NCBI RefSeq assembly: GCF_963921235.1 | Contig: NC_086108.1 | Coordinates: 63,738,001 to 63,802,000, forward strand | Length of the DNA: 64,000 bases | Direction of reading: 5' to 3' | Source of the DNA: Mobula hypostoma | Lineage: Eukaryota | In this document: positions 14,501 through 26,500 of the stretch, one piece after another | Numbering within the stretch: position 1 is the first letter of the stretch | Layout: each line of letters starts with the position of its first letter | Notes under the pieces: model-generated | What the model saw: the letters and a program-made list of their open reading frames with translations, nothing else | Database searches by the model: none | What the model was told of the DNA's origin: nothing | Program-made: the position numbers and the translations under genes

Positions 14501-17500
14501 TGACCAGGGTCCTCAGAGCTGCAACATTACCTCTCGGCTCTTAAACTCCATCCCATGATTGATGAAGGCCAATGCACTGTATGCCTTCTCACCACAGAGT
14601 TAACCTGTGCAGCAGATTTGAGTGTCCTATGGACTTGGACCCCAAGATCCCTCTGATGCTCCACATTGCCAAGAGTTTTGCCATTAATACTATATTCTGC
14701 CATCATGTTTGACCTACCAAAATGAACCACCTCACACTTAGAGTCTGAGAGTCTGAGTGGGAGTGCCGAGAAAGAGATTTTTGAAATTTTCGTTATTTTT
14801 TTCCTCCAACGGCTTTCTGAGAGGCGGGACTGCGCAGGCGTGTGACGTCGGGCAGTGCAGCGCGGCAGATTTAAAAGGAACAAAGCCTCATAGAGCGGGC
14901 AGCGTAGTTTGCGGGCTGCGGAGTGAGCCGGGAGCAGAGTGAAGACTTAAGGGCTTCGGCTCACCGGGCTTAGGCGGAAGCGGGCGAGGCGAGGAAGGTT
15001 TGACATTCATTTTTCTGTTGCTATTTGAGGAGAGGGGCATTATGACTGTGAGGGCAGTTTGCTGTTCTCGGTGTCGGATGTGGGAGGCCCTGGAGTCTCC
15101 AAGCCTCCCAGACGTCTACATCTGCGCCAAGTGCATCGAGATGCAGCTCCTAAGGGACCGCGTTACGGAACTGGAGCTGCAGCTCGATGACCTTCGTCTG
15201 GTCAGGGAGAGCGAGGAGGTGATAGAGAGGAGTGGAAGGCAGGTGGTCACGCCGGGGCCAAGGGAGGCAGACAAGTGGGTCATGGTTAGGAGGGGGAAGG
15301 GGAAAAGTCAGGTGATGGGGAGTACCCTGGTGGCTGTGCCCCTTAACAACAGGTACTCCTGTTTGAGTACTGTTGGGGGAGACAGCTTACCCGGTGGAAG
15401 CGACAGTGGCCGTGCCTCCGGCACAGAGTCTGGCCCTGTAGCTCAGAAGGGTAGGGCAAGGAAGAGGAGGGCAGTTGTGATAGGGGACTCGATAGTAAGG
15501 GGGTCAGATAGGCGATTCTGTGGACGCAGTCCAGAGACCCGGATGGTAGTTTGCCTCCCTGGTGCCAGGGTCCGGGATATTTCTGATCGTGTCCAAGATA
15601 TCCTGAAGTGGGAGGGTGAGGAGCCAGAGGTCGTGGTACATATAGGTACCAATGACATAGGTAGGAAAAGGGATGAGGTCCTGAAAGGAGAATATAGGGA
15701 GCTAGGAAGGGAGTTGAGAAAAAGGACCGCAAAGGTAGTAATCTCGGGATTACTGCCTGTGCCACGCGACAGTGAGAGTAGGAATGCGATGAGGTGGAGG
15801 ATAAATGCGTGGCTGAGGGATTGGAGCAGGGGGCAGGGATTCAAGTTTTTGGATCATTGGGACCTCTTCTGGGGCAGGCGTGACCTGTACAAAAAGGACG
15901 GGTTACACTTGAATCCTAGGGGGACCAATATCCTGGCAGGGAGATTAGCGGGGGCTACTGAGGTGACTTTAAACTAGAATGGTTGGGGGGTGGGAATCAA
16001 ATTAAAGAGGCTAGGCGTGAGGAAGTTAGTTCACAACAGAGGGATGGGAACCAGTGCAGAGAGACAGAGGGGTGTAAAGTGAGGGTAGAAGCAAAAAGTA
16101 CAAAGGAGAAAAGTAAAAGTGGCAGGCCGACAAATCCAGGGCAAGCATTAAAAAGGACCACTTTTCAACATAATTGTATAAGGGCTAAGAGAGTTGTAAA
16201 AGACCGCCTGAAGGCTTTATGTGTCAATGCAAGGAGCATTCGTAATAAGGTGGATGAATTGAAAGTGCAGATTGTTATTAATGATTATGATATAGTTGGG
16301 ATCACAGAGACATGGCTCCAGGGTGACCAGGGATGGGAGCTCAACGTTCAGGGATATTCAATATTCAGGAGGGATAGACATGAAGGAAGGGGAGGTGGGG
16401 TGGCGTTGCTGGTTAAAGAAGAGATTAACGCAATAGAAAGGAAGGACATAAGCCGGGAAGATGTGGAATCGATATGGGTAGAGCTGCGTAACACTAAGGG
16501 GCAGAAGACGCTGGTGGGAGTTGTGTACAGGCCACCTAACAGTAGTAGTGAGGTCGGAGATGGTATTAAACAGGAAATTAGAAATGTGTGCAATAAAGGA
16601 ACAGCAGTTATAATGGGTGACTTCAATCTACATGTAGACTGGGTGAACCAAATTGGTAAAGGTGCTGAGGAAGAGGATTTCTTGGAATGTATGCGGGATG
16701 GTTTTTTGAACCAACATGTCGAGGAACCAACTAGAGAGCAGGCTATTCTGGACTGGGTTTTGAGCAATGAGGAAGGGTTAATTAGCGATCTTGTCGTGAG
16801 AGGCCCCTTGGGTAAGAGTGACCATAATATGGTGGAATTCTTCATTAAGATGGAGAGTGACATAGTTAATTCAGAAACAAAGGTTCTGAACTTAAAGAGG
16901 GGTAACTTTGAAGGTATGAAACGTGAATTAGCTAAGATAGACTGGCAAATGACACTTAAAGGATTGACGGTGGATATGCAATGGCAAGCATTTAAAGGTT
17001 GCATGGATGAACTACAACAATTGTTCATCCCAGTTTGGCAAAAGAATAAATCAAGGAAGGTAGTGCACCCGTGGCTGACAAGAGAAATTAGGGATAGTAT
17101 CAATTCCAAAGAAGAAGCATACAAATTAGCCAGAGAAAGTGGCTCACCTGAGGACTGGGAGAAATTCAGAGTTCAGCAGAGGAGGACAAAGGGCTTAATT
17201 AGGAAGGGGAAAAAAGATTATGAGAGAAAACTGGCGGGGAACATAAAAACGGACTGTAAAAGCTTTTATAGATATGTAAAAAGGAAAAGACTGGTAAAGA
17301 CAAATGTAGGTCCTCTGCAGACAGAAACAGGTGAATTGATTATGGGGAGCAAGGACATGGCAGACCAATTGAATAATTACTTTGGTTCTGTCTTCACTAA
17401 GGAGGACATAAATAATCTTCCAGAAATAGTAAGGGACAGAGGGTCCAGTGAGATGGAGGAACTGAGTGAAATACATGTTAGTAGGAAAGTGGTGTTAGGT

Positions 17501-20500
17501 AAATTGAAGGGATTGAAGGCAGATAAATCCCCAGGGCCAGATGGTCTGCATCCCAGAGTGCTTAAGGAAGTAGCCCAAGAAATAATGGATGCATTAGTGA
17601 TAATTTTTCAAAACTCGTTAGATTCTGGACTAGTTCCTGAGGATTGGAGGGTGGCTAATGTAACCCCACTTTTTAAAAAAGGAGGGAGAGAGAAACCGGG
17701 GAATTATAGACCGGTTAGCCTAACGTCGGTGGTGGGGAAACTGCTGGAGTCAGTTATCAAGGATGTGATAACAGCACATTTGGAAAGCGGTGAAATGATC
17801 AGACAAAGTCAGCATGGATTTGTGAAAGGAAAATCATGTCTGACGAATCTCATAGAATTTTTTGAGCATGCAACTAGTAGAGTGGATGGGGAGAACCAGT
17901 GGATGTGGTATATTTGGATTTTCAAAAGGCTATTATACACCATTATACACCAGTCATTGAAAGTGGGCATGCAGCTACAGCAGGCGGTGAAAAAGGCGAA
18001 TGGTATGCTGGCATTTATAGCGAGAGGATTCGAGTACAGGAGCAGGGAGGTACTACTGCAGTTGTACAAGGCCTTGGTGAGACCACACCTGGAGTATTGT
18101 GTGCAGTTTTGGTCCCCTAATCTGAGGAAAGACATCCTTGCCATAGAGGGAGTACAAAGAAGGTTCACCAGATTGATTCCTGGGATGGCAGGACTTTCAT
18201 ATGAAGAAAGACTGGATGAACTGGGCTTGTACTCGTTGGAATTTAGAAGATTGAGGGGGGATCTGATTGAAACGTATAAAATCCTAAAGGGATTGGACAG
18301 GCTAGATGCAGGAAGATTGTTCCCGATGTTGGGGAAGTCCAGAACGAGGGGTCACAGTTTGAGGATAGAGGGGAAGCCTTTTAGGACCGAGATTAGGAAA
18401 AACTTCTTCACACAGAGAGTGGTGAATCTGTGGAATTCTCTGCCACAGGAAACTGTTGAGGCCAGTTCATTGGCTATGCTTAAGAGGGAGTTAGATATGG
18501 CCCTTGTGGCTACAGGGGTCAGGGGGTATGGAGGGAAGGCTGGGGCGGGGTTCTGAGTTGGATGATCAGCCATGATCATAATAAATGGCGGTGCAGGCTC
18601 AAAGGGCCGAATGGCCTACTCCTGCACCTATTTTCTATGTTTTCTATGTTTATCTGGGTTGACCTCCATCTGCCACTTCTCAGCCGAGTTTTGCATCATA
18701 TAATTGTCGCGTTGTAACTTCTGACAGCCCTCCACACTATCCACGACACCCCCAACCTTTGTCTCATCAGCAAATTTACTAACCCATCCCTCCACTTCCT
18801 CATCCAGGTCATTTATAAAAAGCATGAAGAGAAGGGGTCCCAGAACAGATCCCTGAGGCACACCACTGGTCACTGATCTCCATGTAGAATATGACCTATC
18901 TACAACCACTCTTTGTCTTCTGTGGGCGAGCCAATTTTGGATCCACAGAGCAATGTCCCCTTGGATCCCATGCCTCCTTACTCTCTCAATAAGCCTTGCA
19001 CGGGGTACCTTATCAAATGCCTTGCTAAAATCCATATACACTACATCTACTGCTCTTCCTTCATCAATGTGTTTAGTCACATCCTCAGAAAAATCAATCA
19101 AACTCGTAAGGCACGACCTGCCTTTGACAAAGCCATGCTGACTATCCTAATCATATTATGCCTCTCCAAATGTTCATAAATCCTGCCTCTCAGGATCTTC
19201 TCCATCAACTTACCAACCACTGAAGTAAGGCCCACTGGCCTATAATTTCCTGGGCTGTCCCTACTCCCTTTCTTGAATGAGGGAACAACATCCACAACCC
19301 TCCAATCGTCGGGAACCTCTCCCGTCCCCATTGATGATGCAAAGATCCTCACCAGAGCCTCAGCAATCTCCTCCCTCGCCTCCCACTGCAGCCTGGGGTA
19401 CATCCAGTCCATTCTCAGACTTATCCAACTTGATGCTTTCCAAAAGCTCCAGCACATTCTCTTCCTTAATATCTACATGCTCAAGCTCTTCAATCCATTG
19501 TAAGTCACCTCTACAATATAATTAGATCCAGTTGTCACTCACACAATGGTTACACGGTGAACCAACTTTGAATCTCTAAGTAATCACATGAAAAAGCCTT
19601 ATTAATAAGAGGACAAATATTAGAAAATATTTAACCTTTGCAATTTTCATCAAATAAAGCAAAAGTACAGCACATTTCCAGTCCATATTGCAAGTTGTTT
19701 TGCTTTTTCATTAGCATAACCATAGCTGTTATTTTATTCAACTAAACTGCTGCTTCCCTCTTGCACTTCCATCCAAGATCAGCTAACAACATTGAAAATC
19801 TTTATAATAAAGTTATATACTGATGCTGGCTTTTCTAACTGAGGCATTCTTAGTGTAGAACATACTACGAGTTCTACGAGTCTGTGGTGGCCAGTGCTAT
19901 CATGTTTGCTGTTGTGTGCTGGGGCAGCAGGCAGAGGGTAGCAGACACCAACAGAATCAACAAACTCATTCGTAAGGCCAGTGATGTTGTGGGGATGGAA
20001 CTGGACTCTCTGACGGTGGTGTCTGAAAAGAGGATGCTGTCTAAGTTGCATGCCATCTTGGTCAATGTCTTCCATCCACTACATAATGTACTGGGTGTGC
20101 ACAGGAGTACATTCAGCCAGAGACTCTTTCCACCGAGATGCAGCACTGAGCATCATAGGAAGTCATTCCTGCCTGTGGCCATCAAACTTTACAACTCCTC
20201 CCTTGGAGGATTAGACACCCTGTGCCAATAGGCTGGTCCTGGACCTATTTCATAATTTCCTGGCATAATTTACATATTACTATTTAACTATTTATGGTTC
20301 TATTACTATTTATTATTTATGGTGCAACTGTAACAAAAACCAATTTCCCCCAGGATCAGTAAAGTATGACAATGACTATGACTATGACTTGTAAGGAAAA
20401 AGTTAAATGTGATCCCTCCTTGGTATATGCTGAAATAAAATGCAAGTCTATAAGACAAAATGGTGTTATACTGGAGTGGGATTGTTTTGAGAAAGTACAA

Positions 20501-23500
20501 GAGCACCAGTCCACAACAAAATTGTTAAGAAATGAAGCAAGTACAAGTCTGCGGCCACTTGAGTGGAAAGAGGTGAAAACATGTTTGTCTGGGCTGAAGG
20601 TCATAAGAGATAAGGGGGGAATGCAGCTGGTAGTACCAAGGGATGGAAAAGTACTGGAGTGATAAATATATAGAGCTTCGAAGGAAGCTTAATGGGCATA
20701 AAAATGAGTACTTTCTTTGTGCAAGTTGGAGAATTTTGTCTTATGCTAGGTCATGGCTGGTGCTAGTGCTAAGAAGATAGGGGCAAGTACATCAAATCAG
20801 AGCTAGGGAGAGAGAGAAAATGGGCAATGTGTAAGATTGCCGGATCTGTAGCTCCCCTCTGACATTGCAGAGATTGGCTTGTTTAGTGAATGATAAGTAC
20901 TATTTTTTTCTGTATTGCTACTACTGTAAACTTTTGCTTTCCTTTCCATATCACACATGTTAGTTCTAACAGTGTCTTCTTGTAGCCTTGAATACATGTG
21001 TAGTGTTTCCTTTGTTTGCAAATGCATATGTGAGTAGCCTGAGGTGAATGAGAAAATAACATATAATGGATTTTAAAATAAGTTTTGTTACAAAATTGGT
21101 GTAGTTGGCAGGATTCTGCATAATGGGTACTATGCTGTGCAAACAACAGGGATGAGACTGAGATTAAGGTACTGGGATAGATGAATAACACCTATGGTTT
21201 TGTGGCAACAGCCAACATATTTTCCTCGAGCTGCCCTCTCACCTGTTGGAAGGTGCCAGTGGACCTCGGTTTCCTGGAGAAGAATGATAAGTTTGAGGGG
21301 TTGGACAGGTTTAGATGAGGATGAGGAGATATAGAATCAGGGGGCATAGAAACAGAATTAAAAATGCAGAAGCACAAGTTACAGTTTTGAAGTCAAAGGA
21401 GAGAATGGGAGACATTAAAAGTGTTTTGTAAGTTCAAGGAGTGTCCCGTGGAAGGCTGGACGCAGGTGCCAAACATTCAGTTATAAGCAGGAACTCTGAC
21501 TACTATATTGCTGACATCATGCTATGACAACCTGTCTGGGAGTGGTAGCTGAAGCCCTGGAGGTGCTGGTAAGCCACATGAAGGACTGAGGATGGGTGGT
21601 GAATCCACAGAAAACACAGTGGCTGAGTGAGATAGTCCAGTTTCTGGGTATCCAGTGAGTTTCAGGACATCAAGTAATTTCAGACCAAGTACAGAGTAAT
21701 CTAACTGAAATGGCTACCCCTACCAATAGGAAAGAGACTCAAGGGTTTGTGGAGATATTAGGCTACTGGAGGTGGCACATACACTTGAATTTTGTTTTGC
21801 TTTTGATACCTGACTGCAAAAACATGCAATTGTTGTGAATTACAAACCTGATACTCAAATGAGGACCAGGAAATACAAGACTGATTCAGGCATTTAGCAT
21901 AACTCTTACACAGGTAGACTGACCAAAGCAATTTTTACATATCATAACACAAGGTATTTCTCCTAAAAGACAGAACTGCAGGATTATGCTATTTGGCCAA
22001 GAGTATGCTCATCCATTAGACTGTGGCTGATTTATTTATCCTCTCAACCCCATTGCCCTGCTTTCTCCCCAAAACAATTGACATCCTAACTCATCAAGAA
22101 CCTGTTAACATCTGTTTTAAATATACCCAATGACTTGGCCTCCACGCCTGTCTGTGGCAATGAATTCCACAGATTCCCCAACTTCTCTGGCCAAGGAAAT
22201 TCCTCCTCATCTCTGTTATAAAGAGATGTTATGAGTTTCCCAAGTCACCTTGCATCTTTTATTTTTGCATTCTTTTACCATTTAGAAAATAATTGAAGCC
22301 TTTATTCCTTCTAGCAAAGTGAACAAACCTATATTTCCCTCCTTTATATTCCCTCCACCACTAGATTGCCCATTTTCCCAAGTCTTTCTGCAGACTCTCT
22401 GCTTCTTAACACTACCTGCCCCTCCATCTGTCTTTGTATTATCAGCAAACGTGGCCACAGATCATCAATGCTGTTATCCAGATCACTGATAAATAACGTG
22501 AAAATCAGCAGACCCAATACCAACCCCTGCAGAATACTACTAGTCATCAGCAGCCAAATAAATAAGGACACCTTTATTCACAATCTTTGCATTTTGCCAA
22601 TCAGCCAATCTTCTGGCCAAGCTAATACCTTTCCTGGAAAATCATGGTGTCTTATCTTGTTTAGTAGACTAAAGATCAGTACCTCTTCACTGGTTTCATT
22701 GCAATCCAAGTAAACAACATCCATTGACTCTCCTTTGTCTAACTTGCCAGTTACTTCCTCAAAGAACTCCAACAGTTTTTTCAGGCAAGATCTTCCCTTA
22801 AGGAAGCCATGCCGACTTTGTGTTATTTTATCATGTGCTTCCAAGTACCCCAAAACCTCATCCTTAATAATGGACTCTATAATCATACCAATCACTGAAA
22901 TCAGACTAATTGGCCTGCAACTTCCTGTCTTTTACTTCCCTTCTTAAAGTGTGGAGTGACACTTGCAATTTTTCTGTATGCTGGAACCATTCCTGACTCT
23001 AGTGATTCTTGGAGGATCACTACTAATGCCTGCACAATCTTTTCAGCTACCTCTTCCTTTTCAGATACCTGGGGTACTGGAAGAGGTAGCTCATTCAGTC
23101 CACCTTCTGACCTCTCATCCCGAGCACTTTCTTCTTAGTAATAACAACTACATTCACTTCTGCCCCCAGGACTCTCTCAAATTGTTGATATGTTGTGAGT
23201 ACCTTCCACAGTGAAGACTGATGTAAAATACTTATTCAGTTCTTTTGCCATTTCTTTATTGCACATTACCATCTATACAACACCATTTTCCTGCAGTCCA
23301 AAGTCCACTCTTGCCTCTATTTTCCTCTTTATATATCTGAAAAAACTTCTAGTATCTTGTTTATATTATTGGCTAGTTTACCTTCATATTTTATCTTTTC
23401 TCTTCTTATTGTTTTATTAGATGCCTTCTGTTGGTTTCTAAAAGCTTCCCACCAATTTTTGCTACATTCTCTTTCTTTTATTTTTATGCAGCTATTGATT

Positions 23501-26500
23501 TCCGTTGTCAGCCATGATTGCCTCTTTGTGCCTTTACAATACTTCTGATTCAGTGTCTTCTGAATTACTTCCAAAAACTCCTGACATTGCTGTTATTCCA
23601 TCCCCTTCCAATCAACATCGGCCAGTTCCTTTCTCATGCTGCTGTAGTTATTAGTATTAATTGTAATACTAATATATTTTCCAGGATCCAGTGCCAATCT
23701 CATTTACCTAGTCTACCTGCATATTGAAGTCCCCATGACCACAGTAATGTTCCCTTTCTATCTCCTATACACAGTACTATTCACAAGCCCATACACAACT
23801 AATATCAGAATCTTTTTGCTCTTACAGTTTCTTAATTCTACCCACAAGGATTCTACTTCTTCTGATCCTACGTGATTTCATCTCATTCTTTGTCAACAGA
23901 GTCACCCCACCCCTCTGCCCACCTATTAGTCTTTTAAAAATACATTTCTTTTCACTTTCCTCCCCTAGTCCCAGCAAATATCCCATTTTAAATTAGGACC
24001 CAAAGTACAAGTTCTAGTTTAAGGACTTATTGTACATGAGAGTGCCCCAGAAGAATCAAAACACTTGGCAAATGCCTTAACTCCTCTACTGAAAGTCAAA
24101 ACATTGACCAAGAATAATACTAGAAATTTACAGCGATATAGCTTCAAAATCAGCTGTTGTACTGAATGAAAACATCTACCTGATCCACGTTGCCAGATGA
24201 CTGTGTATTTTTAGCTACAAATGGAAAGTCTTTTTGAAGCAGGTCATGCCTTTGAGTTGGGTGCAAGAGCCATCCATTGACTTGTAATGGCATTGAGAAA
24301 TCATCGGTACTTCTTGGCACCATCTCATGGTACTGTAAAATAGCAGAAAGTGCTGATTATTTTCTTCAATCCAAATGGCTTATACTCAGACTCCTTCTCT
24401 TATATAGGTTCCCTCCCTGAGGTGATTTTTGTAATGTTAATTAAAAAATATCATTAATTGAACAATGAAAAAAAACGTAACTAGAAAATCTGAAGGAAGA
24501 ATAGAAAATGCTGCGGATACTTAATGGATCAGGCAGCAACTGTGGAGAAATAAAGTTAACACATTAGGGAGATGACCTTTCATTAGACCTTCTAATAGAA
24601 GGCTACTGCTCTGAAAAGTTAACTCTACTTCTCTCCACAGATGTCAGTTGATCAACTAACTATCCCCACCATTTTCTGTTTTTATTAAGAAAAAAATATT
24701 AAAGAATAACTGTTAAGAAGATCTTAACTGTCAACACAATCTCTCAGTTCCCTTTTTGGAATTGTGAGGGTGGTCTGAAAATAATGTGTTAATTAGTTTT
24801 AAACCACATTCAGCAAATGAATGATATAAAAATATAATTCTGGGATAAAAAATAATGTCAAAAGTTTGATTTCCTATTTTTCAAGATAGTTCAGAGAGTT
24901 TTGCATTTTCATCTTACATCAAAAGAAACAATGTATAATAACTCTTATTGTCATAATAGGGAATCTTTGGTACTAACATACCACTCTGCTGCTTGCCTGA
25001 AGTTGTGCACTGGGAGCAGCCTGAGCAATATCATCTGAGATGAAAGTTCCACGATGGTCCAAAAAGTGGTTGGTCTGAGGGACATCGCCTCGAGGAGGAG
25101 AAGTATTGTGATCCCAGTATGGATTAGGCTGAGTAAATGACTTTTCTTCCAGATGGGATATTATTTTTTCACTAGTAATTGGCTTGGAAGATGTATTTGG
25201 CATTTCACTTACAATGCTGTCACTACTTCTCAGATCAGCGGGATTACACTTCCCTGCAGAGAGACAACTTGAAATATTTATCCATCAAAACTATGAGCCA
25301 TTCTATTCCATGCAAAATTCCTCAAGAAGTGAAGTGTATGCAGCAAAACCAAGGCATGGACTGTTCAGTGGCAGGTAATATTTGGCACAATCCTGCAGAC
25401 ATGTGTTATAAGGAGAAGGTAGACAAATTAGTTTTTTTTCTCTGGAACGATGGAGGCTGAGCATAGATCTGATAGAGATTTAAGATTATGGGAGGTATTT
25501 TCCTTTTTCCGAGTATTGTCTAATACCAGAGAGCATGCGTTTAAGGTAAAGGAGCTAAGTTTAAAAGTGATTTATGGGCAATTTTTTTTACATAAAGAGT
25601 GATGGGTGCCAGGAATACATTGCATGGGATAGTGCTGGAGGCAAATATGAAAGGAGCATTCAGGAGGCTCTCAGATAGTTGGGAAATTAATGTTCCAATA
25701 GTGGAGACTGTGTAGGCAGAAGGGATAAGTTTAGTTGCACAGTTGATTACTAATTTAATTAATTTGGCATAACATCATGGGCCAAGGGGCCTGTTTCTGT
25801 GCTGTTCTGTTCTATGTTCTGAAACTCCAATGAATTAATACCTCCATTAAGAATCACCTACACTTGGCAACCATTGGGACATCACCAAGTTCCCCAACTA
25901 TTAACATTTTGTGGAAAGGGATGTGGGCTTAGCTGAAGCTTAATGGAAGTTAAACTGAATTAGCCATTAAAACTTTAGCTACAGTATCAGCTGAGATTCA
26001 GGGCATCCTGCACAGAGTGGCTTACCTCATGACTCTCCTGACTCTCTTTAGGCCGAGGTTTCATAAGGCATAGGTCAGACTGCACTTGGAGTATTGTGAA
26101 CAGTTTTGGGCCCCTTATCTAAGAAAGGATGTGTTGGCATTGAAGAGGACCAGAGGAGGTTCACACAAAATGATCCTGGGAATTAAATGGTTAACACCCT
26201 AGGATTTGATGGCTTTGAGCCTGTACTAACTGAAGGTTAGATGAATGAGAGATGATCTCATTGAAACTAATCAAATTTTGAGAGGCCAAGATAGAGTGGG
26301 CATGGAGAAGATGTTTCCTGTACTGAGGTAGTCTAGGAATAGAGGGCACATCTCAGAATACAAGGATGTCCCTTAAGAACAGAGATGAGGAGGAATTTCT
26401 TTCGCAAGAACTCATTGCCACGGATGACTGTGGAGGCCAAATCATTGGGTATACAGTGGGTTTTGGTTAATTGGACAGCCACTTATTTGGGACAATTCTT

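Larger units (their letters stand above)
14741..18649 (+). mobile_element. young CR1 LINE with intact 5' end and an internal RT deletion
   Basis: CpG-rich 5' UTR, ORF1, ORF2, 3' UTR and (TTCTATGT)n tail; tta flanks both ends; near-identical to 11579-13672. Confidence 0.95.
13957..19510 (-). mobile_element. older CR1 subfamily copy (13957-14740 plus 18650-19510) split by the young CR1
   Basis: ...cctcacactta(14740) | (18653)tctgggttgacc... rejoins as the CR1 [14 protein letters not shown] region; tail at ~13957. Confidence 0.9.

Noticed and set aside
15343..17476. Antisense ORFs (e.g. 258 aa at 16348-17124) and equivalents at 6114-6584, 12370-12774 and 33041-33445
   Set aside because: Shadows of LINE ORFs; they recur only because the LINE copies are near-identical.
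24385..24415. Possible micro-exon (cag|GGAGGG...CTGA|gtataa)
   Set aside because: 31 bp breaks the phase, would leave a ~50-nt intron, and has no FREM1 similarity.
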